Source of the DNA: Eledone cirrhosa
Lineage: Eukaryota
Length of the DNA: 64,000 nt
Direction of reading: 5' to 3'
Assembly (NCBI GenBank): GCA_964016885.1
Contig: OZ024754.1
Coordinates: forward strand, 29,636,001 to 29,700,000
In this document: one piece after another, positions 1 to 14,164 of the stretch
How the letters are laid out: each line of letters opens with the position of its first letter
How positions within the stretch are numbered: position 1 is the first letter of the stretch
The notes under the pieces: model-generated
Seen by the model: the letters and a program-made list of their open reading frames with translations, nothing else
Databases searched by the model: none
Told to the model about the DNA's origin: nothing
Made by a program: the position numbers and the translations under genes

Positions 1-1435
1 ACAGCGTCGTTAGGCGCTGGACGGACGGACCGGTAAAGTTGCTAGGGGTTTGGTTCGGGCCAGACCTCTAGGTGGATAAGAATTGGGACGAGGTGACGGG
101 CAGGGTAGTCAGTCTCATCCAGAAATGGGCTGGGATGAAGCTATCACTGAAAGGTCGGGCGGAGGTGGCGAACGCGTACATCGCGTCCGTCATCTACTAC
201 CGTCTGACTGTCGTTCCTTGCTCCCGTTCGCGCCTCGCCATCTTGGATCGGCTCCTCTTCAAATTCTTGTGGAGGGGTCAGGTTCCGCTGGTGAGGCGGT
301 CCATCTGCTGCCAGCACCCTCTACGTGGAGGGCTGGGCATGCCGTGGCTAATGATGCGCAGGCACGCACTGAGGCTGCGGCATCTCCAGATATTCTGCCT
401 AAACGGTGAACAGGTGTGGTCGCCGTTTGTCAGACGGGCCTTTCCGCAGCTCGTTTCTTTGACTGAGTTGCAGTCCTGGAAGAGACTGAGACTGTGTGAC
501 TGGCATCTGGAATGTTGCCAGGCACTCACTGCCCTCTACCAGGCGGGAAATGCGGTCAGTGGAACTTCCACTCTCGAGTTCTATAGAGGATTAGTAGTGG
601 GCAAGTGCGACGACGCACTCGGAGAGGCTCTGGGAGTCAACGAAGTCGAACTAACCAGTCTGTACCGGAGCACTTTCGAGCCGGGGACGATGGATAATTT
701 CCAAAAATCCCTCGTTTGGCAGTGCTACCGGGGGGCACTACCGGTTCGAGATAAACTCTACAGGCACGGAAGTGCTGTCAGACGGAGCTGCCCGAGATGC
801 GCGCAGAGCGACGAAACCGTTCTGCACGCACTCGTCCAGTGTCCGTGCATTACTGACTTGTGGAGTTATGTTGAACAGCCGTTGTCGCGTGTAGAACGGA
901 TCTGGCTATCGGCCGAGTCCATAGTGAAGATCGACCCGCCGCCTTCTTTTGGCCAGGAAGGGCAGGCAATTTTCCTCTGTCTGGTGGCAGTAGCGAAAGA
1001 GGTTGTATGGTGGACGAGGTTGAAAGGACTGAAGACAGACACTTTTCTCTTCGGCCAATCCCTCATCAACTTTTTCAAGTTTTACTTGGAAAGGAAGGTG
1101 GGGGTGGAGAGAGAAGTGCTGCCCCCCAGTACATTTGCTGAAAGGTGGGTGAATGTGGCGAGAATGGACCGTGTGAGTGGGTCTACTCTGGTCATGCGGC
1201 TGTAGGTAGGTAAATTTGAAGAGGAGAGGGGTGCCCTTCCAGGGTTCTCTCGAAGCGTCGGGTCGTTCAGGACTGGTGGGGAATGTTTTCTTGTAATTTT
1301 CTTGTTACTTTATTGTTACTTTGTTATTGTTACTTTGTTTATTTATATTGTTTACTCGATTTTTCTGTAAAACCCCACTGTCCCAGTCTTTTGTATTGTC
1401 CCCTATATGTCGGCCCTTGTGGCCAATAAATGAAA
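1..1435 (+). mobile_element. Tx1/L1-clade LINE, 3' part (ORF2 C-terminus plus 3' UTR), cut by window start
   Basis: ORF 72..1205 has KLSLKGRAEVAN, GGLGMP and a CPRC..ETVLHALVQC zinc motif. An in-frame TAG at 69-71 replaces Q of the other copies. AATAAA near 1425 is followed by an (ATT)n/(TAG)n tract. Confidence 0.92.
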
Positions 1436-1437
1436 TC

Positions 1438-1474
1438 ATTATTATTATTAGTAGTAGTAGTAGTAGTTGTAGTT

Positions 1475-1506
<32 letters not shown>

Positions 1507-1529
1507 GGTGGTGGTGGTAGTATTAACAT

Positions 1530-1564
<35 letters not shown>
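1438..1564. repeat. (ATT)n/(TAG)n/(TGG)n compound microsatellite
   Basis: Read directly from sequence. Confidence 0.95.
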
Positions 1565-2065
1565 AGGCGTGTAACATGTACGTAAGATAAAATGATTTTA
1601 GAATTTAAATTACATGCTGATGAAATACATGAACAAGAGTGAGGTAGAAATTGTAGAACAAACAAACAAAAAAACTAATAGATAAATAAATTTAAAATAA
1701 AGAGAAAAAAAACGAAATATAAAAAAACACAACAAGGCATCACTGTGGAAATACGTGCAAGTTACCAGACGTTAATATAAATAAGATATATCAAAATATC
1801 AGTATGTGTTCAATTACAGGATATAACCATCAACTATTTATATGAATCTTGTGAACACATTATATGCATGTATTTATTTATCTTCGTTTTCTTCCCACTA
1901 TATTCCTATGTTTTATCCTTATGTTTCCCTTCTCAATGTTCTCCACTTTGGAATTTAAACCCATCTTTACTGCGCGTTTTCTTTCTCAACCTCACCCTCA
2001 TTTCAGGCGTAGGAAATGTTTTAATATATATCTAGATAATATTTTATCGTGAATATATATATATA

Positions 2066-2652
2066 CTAGCAGTGGTACCCGGCGTTGCACGGGATAAGTT
2101 ATTGTGAAATATATAACCGCCTTAGCTAAGCTTAGTATTGCCACAACCACGGCTGGCAAAGAAGTAAGGGTCTGGTGGTACGTAAGTAAGCAACACTGTG
2201 ACTTAAAACGTGAGGAAGAAGTTGTGTGCACTTACCAACTGTTTGGGGAATGAGTGTGAGATTTGTCTTGAGCAAGGGTGGCAGAATAACCGGAAGCAGC
2301 AGACAGCCAGACATACAGACAGCTATTATAAGGGCGCGTTTTGGATGCAGAGCGAATTGTAGGAAGTGACGTAATGCAGACAGCGAGGCATACAGACAGA
2401 TATTATAAGGGCGCGACGTTATATGTATGTTCTATCTTAAAAGAGAAAGACTAAGAATTATAGAGAGAGATCGCTAACTCGCCTGATGCGGTCCCTAGGG
2501 CATTGAAAATTTGAAATTGATTTTGCTCAGGACACTCCCTGAAACATAAGTATTACATGTGTAAAGTTTGAAAGCAGTCGGTTGGGTGCTTCTCTAGTTT
2601 TAGGGATTCAAACTCACACATAGACAGACATCTTCAGTTTTATATATATAGA
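2066..2652 (-). mobile_element. Non-autonomous Helitron (~590 bp)
   Basis: Minus strand starts A|TCTATATATATAAAA and ends CCCGTGCAACGCCGGG hairpin..CTAG|T. AT insertion site, no TSD. Shares internal motifs with 12628-13894. Confidence 0.85.
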
Positions 2653-2773
2653 TGTGTGTGTGTGAGTGAGAGAGAGAGAGAGAGTGTGTATGTGTGTGTG
2701 TGTGAGTGTATACACACACACACAGACACACACATACACACACATATACACACACATATATATATATGTGTAC

Positions 2774-2816
<43 letters not shown>

Positions 2817-2829
2817 CTCTATATATATA

Positions 2830-3035
2830 TAGGCTGTTTAAGGATAGGCGGTACAACCATCGCCACTCGTTTAATAGAATAGACAAACATAAGAGCACCG
2901 ACCTACCTGATCTGATACGGCAGTTTAAATATAAGAATATAGAGCACTCTTTGTCTTGGCCGATAATCAAGACTGCACTTCCATACAAGGGTCGACATAA
3001 TAGCAATAAATATGATCCATGTATAACGGAAGTCA
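2830..3035 (+). pseudogene. Remnant of a Penelope-like GIY-YIG endonuclease C-terminus
   Basis: FKDRRYNHRHSF..KSTDLPDLIRQFKYKNIEHSLSWPIIKTALPY..PCITE resembles the PLE pattern FK.RY.NH..SF..ST.LS..IW.LK..I.W.I. Begins directly after (TA)n. Confidence 0.6.
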
Positions 3036-3502
3036 TCGATATCATTTGGGGCAAGTCTCTGATAATATATAGAAGAATTGTCTTCTTTGGCCCTTGCCCT
3101 CTCAAATTATTGAAAACCTTAAATCTCTATAGATAGTATCGGCCATTCGACCCAATACTTCTAGCAAAGCCCTTAACCGTACTGAAACTGATATTCCCAC
3201 GAGTGAAATGCTTAGATATAAAATTTTGGTATCAAAATAACAGAGTATTACGTCGCCCGACTAATTCCTGGCTGTAATCGTTAGGACTCATTTATTTCCG
3301 GTGTTTGTAAGCTCACACTTTCGTGATTATGGAATTCCTCTGCCATCCTTTTGAGGTGGGTAAATATAGTACCAGTCCAGCATTGTAGTCATTTGTCTAT
3401 CTATCTCTATTCACATTCACCCCCACCTTCACCTCCAGCTCTCTCCTCATCCACTCCACTCTGTGTTCCCCTTCTCTTTCCCTCACTCACACTCTCTCCC
3501 TA

Positions 3503-3548
<46 letters not shown>

Positions 3549-4320
3549 TCTCTTTCTCTCTCCCTCTCTGGACGAAATCGACTGTGTTCCAGCCTGGAGA
3601 GCTTCACCAGATTTTTAAAAATGCCTAAGACATGTCGAATATCAGGACAGTACCCTAAGAATTCATCAGGATTTAAGGTACTTATAACTACTAACTCTCC
3701 CACTGATTTAAATAGTATGAACTTAAAATTCACTTGAATTCTTCTATAATTAAGTAAAATTATAGGTAAACCCATACGTACATATATATATGTGTTAAGT
3801 TCATATAGCTTTCGATTTAATCAACTGGTGGGACAACTATGTTAGTAATGAAACAATATAATGTTCTCTTTTACCAGAAGAGAAAATAGATGTTTTGAAG
3901 ATCAGTAACTTTCAAAAATTGCTTAATTCAAAGTGTTAAAACTAGAAGTATTTCAACAGACACATTCTTGTGGCTGTAATGTACTGATTAAATATTTAGT
4001 TTAAAATAATAATTTTCATTGTTGTAAACTTTACCTAATAGTAATGTCAGTGTTTAATAAATACAAAGTTATCTGGTATTACATCGATCTTATTACACAC
4101 AATAATTATATTATAGAAGTCAAGTGGCGACTAAGATATATTTAAAAGTTTAAATTATAAAAGCTAATTTAACATCGCCAGGCGGCTTATTGTTTTTCAT
4201 CGTTCACCGCCTTTCTTCAGAATATGTGTAAGAAATTCTATGAAAGTTACATGCAAAGTGTAGTTGAGTTGTTCAATTGATCTATCAAACAAGTTAACGA
4301 GAAATAATATTATTAAATGC

Positions 4321-4420
4321 CGAGGTTCACTTTGCCTTTCATCCTTATGGGGTCAATAAAATAAAGTACCAGTAATGTACTGGGTAATTGCTGGCCTTGT
4401 GCCAAAAAAGTAGAAACAAT
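4321..4420 (+). mobile_element. tRNA-derived SINE, 5'-truncated
   Basis: cgagg..ctttgcctttcatcc..gggtc..aaaataaagtaccag..ggccttgtgccaaaa..agaaacaatt. Confidence 0.85.
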
Positions 4421-5369
4421 TAAATAATTATCAGGATGATCATGTTAATAAGTTCATTGATCATATATTTGTTACATCACAACTGACTCGAGGCTATAAT
4501 TGTTTAACATCTGAGAAACTAGATTTAATCTCTAGTGTTGAAGAATATAAATGTTAGAAACTGATTAATATTTAACTAAATAGTTATATCATTCCCCCAT
4601 GTATTATATAATATAGATGGTGTGCAGCATTGCAGATTGTTAATTGTATTCTAGATATTAGCTTATTGTTATCATATAACTGTTTGTCAATCATAGAGAG
4701 AGCAAACTTCCTCCGAGTAGTTTTCATAAAATTATTCGATAGGACTGAGAGATAAGGAATTTTTCAGTGATTTCTTACTAAAATCTACCTGCCAATAAAG
4801 TGTTAAACTCAATTAAGAATGAACAGAATCGGCTGAAAATGTAACGTTACCGTTGGGCAGCCCGTGACCAATTAAATTATGTAAGGATAACACGCAAGGC
4901 ATTAACAGCTGGCTGCGTGTAAATAAGAATTGGTTTTCAAAGACATTCACAATAAAGACTGGAAAACGAAAAGAATTCTATACTATCTTTCATCTTCTAT
5001 ATAAAACTCTGGTTTCTGTTTTTATTCAGGATCACGAACAGTCTCTTCAATATTCTTCTATTTATTTTCCAAGAGATAATATGAATATACATCTAAAACA
5101 TATACAGACAATATGCAAACATACATGATACGTATGTGTAAACGTTCAACAATAATGCATAACTTCATATATGCTTACACACACAGAAAATAAAAGAAAC
5201 ACGCATGGTCACCTTCTCCCCACTATCTAATGCAGCTCCACATACTACCATATACTTCCCCACATACACATCTTCACACACAATTACATATATACATTTG
5301 ATTGTGTGTGTATATATATATGTACGTATATACGCTGCATGTGTGTGATGTTCACGTATTTATATACAT

Positions 5370-6445
<1,076 letters not shown>

Positions 6446-7590
6446 GAGCATGTACTTAGCAATGGAAATAGCTGGACAGTATTAGTACCTCTAGTGGTAA
6501 TTGATAACCATCGCTTAATTTCTTCTGTAGAATAGAATTACTTGTTAAACAATGATAAATGTTTTTTCCTGTGGGACCCATTCTTCTCCTAATCTTATTA
6601 TCTATACAATCACGAACAAAACATCTGTTTTTCCTCTTGAGTATCTTTCGAATTTACAAAGAACTGAGTTCATTTCACCTACACTGATAAATATTCAATG
6701 TAGAATATTTAAATAGTTATCTTTAGAATTTTGTCACCAGATGGCTCCACAGGGAACAGCAGGAATCAAGTCGAAGGCTTTAATTTGTATTTTTTATTAA
6801 ACAAACCCAATATCTTTCGCTGAAATACAATCGTTTTCCGTGTTCAATACATCAATAGATTTTTTAATGATGATAAATTACATTACAGCGTTACGGTGTT
6901 GACATCTAACAAAAATTAAGTAAAATATCACATTCAATTCATTAGTTTTGCTTAATTTTTTATAATAGGAAATCATAAATTATCCTGGTATTCTCCGAAC
7001 TATAATAATTCTAGCAATCACAATGACTTTATATCGTTAGGTTTTTATATTTATTGAACGTCATTTGTCCAATCATATTATACCTTTGCCATTTTGTCCG
7101 CAGCCCGCGACTGAGCCACCACTCAGACTGGGATGTAGTCGCTGTACCTCCCATCCTCTCTCGTCCTTTCGTGGCTTGATTACTTTCTTCGTTTTTTTTT
7201 TATTTATTTATTTTTTATTTTTTATTTTTATTACCATCTAATAGTGCCGTTTGTTTTTAGTAGATGCCACTCAATTTTTATGTCAATGGTTTTTCATGTT
7301 ATCGTGAAATTTTATATTTGTTTCATGTTTTCAATCAATTTGAATGTCACTATTTTATAACGTCCTTGCCAATAAATTGAATACCCCCGACCACCCCAAA
7401 CATATCAACAATATGAAATAAAGACAACAAAAAATTATTTTATTCATCACCCATGCTATATTACCTTCAGTTTCAGCACCCCGGAGAAGAATTTCTCTTT
7501 CAAAATACAAAAATTGACGTTTCTTCTTTTCTAAGACCACATGAAAGTGTTAGTGTTTTCCTTGTCAAAAGTTAAAGTATTTTCTTTAGT

Positions 7591-7778
7591 AATAATTGTT
7601 TCTACTTTTGGCACAAGGCCAGCAATTATCCAGTACATTACTGGTACTTTATTTTATCGACCCCGTAAGGATGAAAGGCAAAGTTAACTTCGGCGGGATT
7701 TGAACTCAGATCATAAAGGGACGTAACTCTATGCTTCAAAGCATGGTGTCCGACTCTCTACCGATACTGCCAATCCAC
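7591..7778 (-). mobile_element. tRNA-derived SINE, full length
   Basis: A-box-like tggcagtatcggta, B-box (gagttcaaatc) and family tail on minus strand. Confidence 0.9.
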
Positions 7779-8145
7779 AATGTTAGTGTTTTCTTGTGTT
7801 AAATGTAAGAAAACATTTGATTGAAAGGATAAACAGCTTTAATGTCTTTAATTGTTCAAAACTATCATCATATATTATCGAAGATAAAGAGATATAATCA
7901 TTTTTGAATTGTTGAAATATATCATTAGGAAAGCCGTCACATAACTTATATTACATATATATCTAATTGTGTGTGAAAATACCGATATCTTGTTTATTTA
8001 TTCGTTTTACACAATTCTACAGTGGTTTAAAATAGTTTTCAGTTGTATGTGTAAGTACATCAATATTGTTTGAAGTTGAAATACATCATCTAGCTTCACG
8101 TTGACTTCAGCATTTTCTGAAATCATTCTGACCTCTTGATATTTA

Positions 8146-8328
8146 ATGGCAGAATTGGTAGAGCGTTTGGCACCATGCTTTGTAGCATAGAATTATGGCT
8201 CTTTACGTTCTGAGTTCAAATCCCGCCAAAGTTAACTTTGCCTTTCATCCTTAAAAATAAAGCATCAATAAAATAAAGCATCAGTAATACACTGGTGTAA
8301 TTGTTGGCCTTGTGCCAAAAGTAGAAAC
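8146..8328 (+). mobile_element. tRNA-derived SINE
   Basis: tggcagaattggtag..gagttcaaatcccgcc..ggccttgtgccaaaagtagaaac. Confidence 0.88.
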
Positions 8329-8580
8329 GATATTTGATATTTACACGAACATATATCCTCATAAAAAGTTCTAGAACATGCCTGGTAATTATATTACAAG
8401 ATTCTCCAACAAAACTCATATATAAAACATGAATATTATTGAGAATACTAATACAGCAACAATAACTTTTTATCATGCCTTGCCAACTGTATATTCCCAA
8501 AGCATTGCATCGTTTCACATATTTATAGTTGCATCAGCAGAATTATTGTTACATCACTTTCCTAACAGACCTCTCTATAC

Positions 8581-8710
8581 GTGGCGAATTGGCTGAGTCG
8601 TTAGAACGGTGGATAGAACGTTTTGGCGGTACATGTTACGGCTCTCTGTTATCTGAGTTCAAATCCTGCTGAGGTCAATTTTTCCTTTAATCGATTTCAG
8701 GTCGATTCCC
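8581..8710 (+). mobile_element. Older, partial SINE
   Basis: tggctgagtcgttag..gagttcaaatcctgctgaggtc. Confidence 0.7.
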
Positions 8711-9204
8711 CACTTCCATTCTCTCACTCACTAGCTTTCTCTTGAAGTAATCTCCTACATTCAGTCCTGCAGAGGGATGGGCTCCGCCAGGATTTCAAAT
8801 GTCCTAGAAACGTGGTATGTCAGTACGGTGCCCCTCCGATTCCCTCGGGAATTAAAGGTCAATGGTAGGAAGAGAAATTCATAAATTCCCACCGTGGAGG
8901 TTCGTGTTTTGGTGGGTAGGGTATTCGATTCTATTCCCGGCAGTGCGTTGTGTCCTAAAATAGATCATTTCTCTCTGCTCCGCCCATTTAACTGGAACAC
9001 ACACCATCGTAACTGGAGGTCTACAAACACCTGTAATTCAAAGGATCAGCTTTGTCATACTTAGTGCCACGCTGAATCTCCCTGAGAATTAGGTTAAAGT
9101 TACGCGTGTCAATAGAATTCTCATCCTCTTGTGCATTAAGTCCCAAGCAGCTTATACCAACGTTCGGGCAACTGTAACACTCGTCGTCGCAACCGACGAA
9201 GGTA

Positions 9205-9390
9205 CAGCACACACATCAAACACATATCACACATACCATACACATACAACACATAATAAACACACACACACAACACAAACAACATACATACCACACACAT
9301 ATCTCGCATGGAACCGCACTATCTCTCTCTATCACACACAGACACACTCTATCCCACTTTCTCTCACAGATACATCTACACACACACACT

Positions 9391-9422
<32 letters not shown>

Positions 9423-9569
9423 TACACACACACACTCTCTATACCTCTTCCTTTCTCTCTCTCACACACACTATCACTTTCTCTCTCTCTCACACACACT
9501 ATCACTTTCTCTCTCTCACACACACACACTCACAGTCTATATCTCTTCCTTTCTCTCTCACAAACACTA

Positions 9570-9607
<38 letters not shown>

Positions 9608-9720
9608 ACACACACATATACATACACTCTATATCTCTTTTTTTCTCTCTCTCACTCACTATCTCTGTCTCACACACACACAGAGTATATATATCTCTGT
9701 CATACATACACCCACACATA
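9205..9720. repeat. (CA)n/(CT)n compound low-complexity tract
   Basis: Read directly from sequence. Confidence 0.9.
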
Positions 9721-9784
9721 ATGTCCAACACTATTCTATTACGGTCGTCTTACATATATTGCTCTATCGATATGTAAGTTATGC

Positions 9785-10590
9785 CATCCAGTGCAACCTG
9801 GCCTCAGACAGGCTCTCGCGCCAGCTCGACCAGCACCGCCTTGCCTGCTTTCGTGCGGCCTCCAAACCCCACAGTGGTGCCTGGCTCCATGCTCTGCCCT
9901 CCTTCTCCACTGGCACACAGCTAGACAACCATAGCCTGCGAATCGGCGTTTCCCTGAGGCTCGGCCTCCGGATCTGCCAGCCACACCAATGTCGCTGCGG
10001 TTCCACCGTGGACTCTTTCGGCCTCCACCCGCTTTCCTGTCGCCACAGTGCCGGCCGCATTCCACGCCATACTGCCCTCAACGAGGTCATTAAGCATGGC
10101 TTGGACGCTGCAGGCTTCCCTTCCCAGCTCGAGCCGGTGGGGCTGGATCGAGGGGACGGCAAAAGGCCAGATGGCATGACCATCTTCCCGTTCCGCGGTG
10201 GAAAACCCCTCATCTGGGATGCCACTTGCACCGACACTTTCTGCAGCCGCAACCTGGTGCAGTCTGCGACTGACCCAGGTTCTGCTGCACCTCGGGCTGA
10301 GGGGGCCAAACTCCTCAAATACCGGTCGCTCTCCGACATTTTTACGGTCGTTCCCCTGGCAGTGGAAACTTCTGGTGTCCTCAGCCCCAGGGCTACCTCC
10401 TTACTCACCACCATAGGCGCTGAGCTGGCCAGCCGTAGGTGTGAGCTCCGCGAGTTGGAGTGGCTTTTCCAGCGCGTCTCCCTTGCCGTCCTCCGGGGAA
10501 ACGCCTTCTCCATTCTGTCCGCCGGGGCTGTGGGTAGGCCCCATCGCGTACCATTACATTAGTTAAATACCATTCTTTCATCTCATACAT
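9785..10590 (+). mobile_element. CRE-type non-LTR retrotransposon, 5'-truncated (zinc finger plus restriction-like endonuclease)
   Basis: GC-rich open frame to stop at 10562 with SGAWLHALP, C.CG..VD..G.H.LSC, RH..LN, EP.GL..DGKRPDG, WDATC, PLAVET.G and QR.S.A..RGNA motifs. Confidence 0.85.
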
Positions 10591-11023
10591 ATATATAACA
10601 CACTTCTAAAACTAAACTAGTTTCGTTGTTGATATTTTCTTTAACTTTTGAATCACACACCCCTTTTTCTATTTTATCTTGTCCACCCATCGTCTCTTTT
10701 TTACCTCTTTTAGCTTGATGCAAGTTATTATTTTTATTACCTCTTTACTGCCACGTCTCTATTGCTATGTTGAAGACATTGACATTTTATTTTTAATTCC
10801 CACATGACTTTTCAGACAACCATTTTACAAATTTATCTCACATCTAGTTCATTTTCTTTTTTCCTTAATATATATAATCCATTTAATGACAGTAACATTT
10901 CCTTGTCTATTATTTATCTATTCCTCTGGAGCACGTACAAACATTTTAATTCATCTTTGCGCCTCTAACTCGTGTATCACTTCAATATATACTTTTATAA
11001 ACTTTTATATTCTTATATGCATT

Positions 11024-11098
<75 letters not shown>

Positions 11099-11106
11099 AC
11101 ACACAC

Positions 11107-11171
<65 letters not shown>

Positions 11172-11580
11172 GATAGATATATAGATATAGATAGAGAGAG
11201 AGAGAAAGAGCGAGAAAGAGAGGGGGAGAGAGATGTATTTTTTTCTTATTCCCAGTGGTGTAGCAGTAGTTAACAATATTTTATTCTATCGAGATTGATG
11301 AGAATCGCTAAAGAAGCCATTGAAGGACTATGTTTTCAGTAGCAACTGCCGATAATGTGGACATTTCAACACTTACTGGTTCTATTGCTACCAAAAGTAG
11401 AATCTACGAGATAACTAACATGATATTATGTAAAGACATTACCTTCCATATCCAATTATATATTTCTCAGAAGCTCAATCTTGCTATAACATGAATATAT
11501 TGTATAAATGTATTGATTTTACAGAGAAAAACTGAGCCACCATTTTAAAAACGAGATTATCGTCAGACATGGAAAATATT

Positions 11581-11960
11581 CGGTGGATTGGCAGTATCGG
11601 TAGAGGATCGGACGCCATGCTTTCCAGCATAGTTACGTCCCTTTACGATCTGAGTTCAAATCCCGCCGAGGTTGACTTTGCCTTTCATCCTTACGGGGTC
11701 GATAAAATAAAGTACCAGTAATGCAATGGGTAATTGCTGGCCTTGTGCCTAAAAGTAGAAACAATTATTATTAGCGGTGGATTGGCAGTATTGGTAGAGG
11801 ATCGGACGCCATGCTTTCCAGCATAGTTACATCCCTTTACGATCTGAGTTCAAATCCTGCCGAGGTTAACTTTGCTTTACATCCTTATGGGGTCGATAAA
11901 ATAAAGTACCAGTAATACACTGGGTATTTGCTGGCCTTGTGCCAAAAGTAGAAACAATTA
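11581..11960 (+). mobile_element. Two tandem full-length tRNA-derived SINEs (11581-11770, 11774-11960)
   Basis: Two near-identical ~190-bp units with A/B boxes and (ATT)n tail. Confidence 0.92.
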
Positions 11961-12237
11961 TTGTTATATCAATACTATATTATCATTAATACTTATTGAA
12001 TACATCTGGGAGAGTTGAAACTTAGTTACTCAACCATTTCCTGCATCTCCTCTGCTATAATTTCAATTATAATTATAATTAATAATTTTCCTCGGAAGAA
12101 GAGATATTAAGCTCGAAATATCAGGACTTATGAATAAATTAAGGTAAAAAAACAACAACCCCTGCTCTTACGATTTAATTATTTTCCGTCCAAACCCGCA
12201 ATGTCGTGGCTTTCAAACTTCGAATTCTTTATAATTA

Positions 12238-12460
12238 ATAATGGTTTCTGATTTAGGCACAAGACCAGCAATTTGTGGGGTGGGGGAGTCGATTAAATTG
12301 ACCCTAGTACGTGACTGGTACTTTATTTTATCGACCCGTGAGGATGAAAGGCAAAGCTAACCTCGGCGGGATTAGTGTTTTTTTTTTCATTCAAACATGA
12401 AACCAGAACTTTTGTTTGGGGTAGGGGTAGTCGATTATATCTACCCACAGTATTTGACAC
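12238..12460 (-). mobile_element. SINE fragments (longer subfamily)
   Basis: ggcacaagaccagcaatt..gtcgatta..ggtactttattttatcgaccc. Confidence 0.75.
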
Positions 12461-12627
12461 GTGTGTCTTAAAGATGAGAAGCAAAGATGACAACGAGATT
12501 TTAACTGAGAATGTAATGAGTTGCAACAAATCCCACATAACCATTATGCCATTCCAATACATAATAAGGTCACTTCTACCAATAATTGAAAATTAATCTG
12601 AAACCACTGAATTTACTTTTACTAGTA

Positions 12628-13402
12628 CTAGCAGAATGGCCCGGCGTTGCTCGGGATTATAAACAGAAAACCACCCAACCGATTGTTTTCAAACTTTTCA
12701 CATATAATACTTAGGGTTGTGTGAGTGTTTTGAGCAAAAGATATTTCAAATTTTCAATGCCCTAGGGACCGCATTAGGCACCGAGCGTCGCCCCCTTATA
12801 ATATCTGTCTCTATGTCTGACTGTCTGCATTACGACATTATGACTTCGCTATCTGTGTGTGTGTGTATATATATATATCCTTCTCATTGCCGACGTATTA
12901 TGTTCGCTATTTTCCGTTCATTGCCAGGGAACGTTTTTCAAAATATTTACTTCTGCGTTCACAGATTGATTTTTTTAGTTTCAGAAGATCCCGTTAAGGG
13001 TGAAAGCACCGATTCTTTGCTTAAACTTTAATCTGTTATTTTAATATATATATATATATATATATAAAGAATTTATATCTAGTAACATTTATATACATAC
13101 AGATGCATATCAATGCTAGCAAATATATAGGTTTTGTCTTAGTAACATTGTGGTTTCGCCCTTATAATATCTGTCTGTATGTCTGGCTGTCTTCATTACG
13201 ACATTGGCTTCGCTATCTGTGAGTGTGTGTATATGTATATATTGGCCATGACTGCTGCTATAGTAATTTTCTTATCTTACGTCTCTCATATTATTGTTCT
13301 GCAACCCCATGCATTGAACCACAATGTTACTAAGACAAAACCTATATATTTGCTAGCATTGATATGCATCTGTATGTATATGAATGTTACTAGATATAAA
13401 TT

Positions 13403-13466
<64 letters not shown>

Positions 13467-13894
13467 CAGATTAAAGTTTAAGCAAAGAATCGGTGCTTTC
13501 ACCCTTAACGGGATCTTCTGAAACTAAAAAAATCAATCTGTGAACGCAGAAGTAAATATTTTGAAAAACGTTCCCTGGCAATGAACGGAAAATAGCGAAC
13601 ATAATACGTCGGCAATGAGAAGGATATATATATATACACACACACACAGATAGCGAAGTCATAATGTCGTAATGCAGACAGTCAGACATAGAGACAGATA
13701 TTATAAGGGGGCAACGCTCGGTGCCTAATGCGGTCCCTAGGGCATTGAAAATGTGAAATATCTTTTGCTCAAAACACTCACACAACCCTAAGTATTATAT
13801 GTGAAAAGTTTGAAAACAATCGGTTGGGTGGTTCTCGAGTTTTAGGGAGTCAGACAGACAGACAGACATACATTCTCTGTTTTAGATATATAGA
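12628..13894 (-). mobile_element. Non-autonomous Helitron containing a ~490-bp internal inverted duplication
   Basis: Minus strand A|TCTATATATCTAAAA ... CCCGAGCAACGCCGGG..CTAG|T. Arms 12669-13155 and 13317-13833. Confidence 0.85.
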
Positions 13895-13924
13895 TCATCT
13901 ATATTTCTAGTTTTAATTTTGGCC

Positions 13925-14160
13925 TTCATATGGTCCTAGATTCGATCCCACTGCGTGGCATTTTGAGTAAGTGCGTTGTACCATAGTCTCGTGTTAGCGC
14001 AAGCCTTGTGAGCGAAAGATAATAGATGGAAACTGTTTGTAAGCCCGTCAAATAGATTTTGACTGTAATTCAAAGGGACAGCCTTGTTGTTCACTATGTT
14101 ACTTTGAGCTACTCCGACAATTGCATTAAGGGTACATAGGTCCGAGGAATGTATAGACAC
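13925..14160 (+). mobile_element. Second tRNA-derived SINE type, diverged
   Basis: B-box-like gattcgatccc. The aattcaaaggg.cagccttg motif recurs at 9035 and 14847. Confidence 0.55.
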
Positions 14161-14164
14161 TTGC

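Noticed and set aside
9129-10562. 477-aa ORF as a single gene
   Set aside because: First ~215 aa are largely microsatellite read-through, and the rest is a truncated retrotransposon
11340-11429. 90-nt plus-strand exon candidate (ATADNVDISTLTGSIATKSRIYEITNMIL)
   Set aside because: Weak donor and short pyrimidine tract, and no recognisable protein similarity
11581-11960. CRISPR-like or prokaryotic defence array
   Set aside because: Repeats are tandem SINEs without unique spacers, the context is eukaryotic and there are no cas-like ORFs
12717-13785. Near-identical 104-aa ORFs on opposite strands (likewise 59292/59772 and 51878/53245)
   Set aside because: By-products of inverted repeats, with no protein motifs
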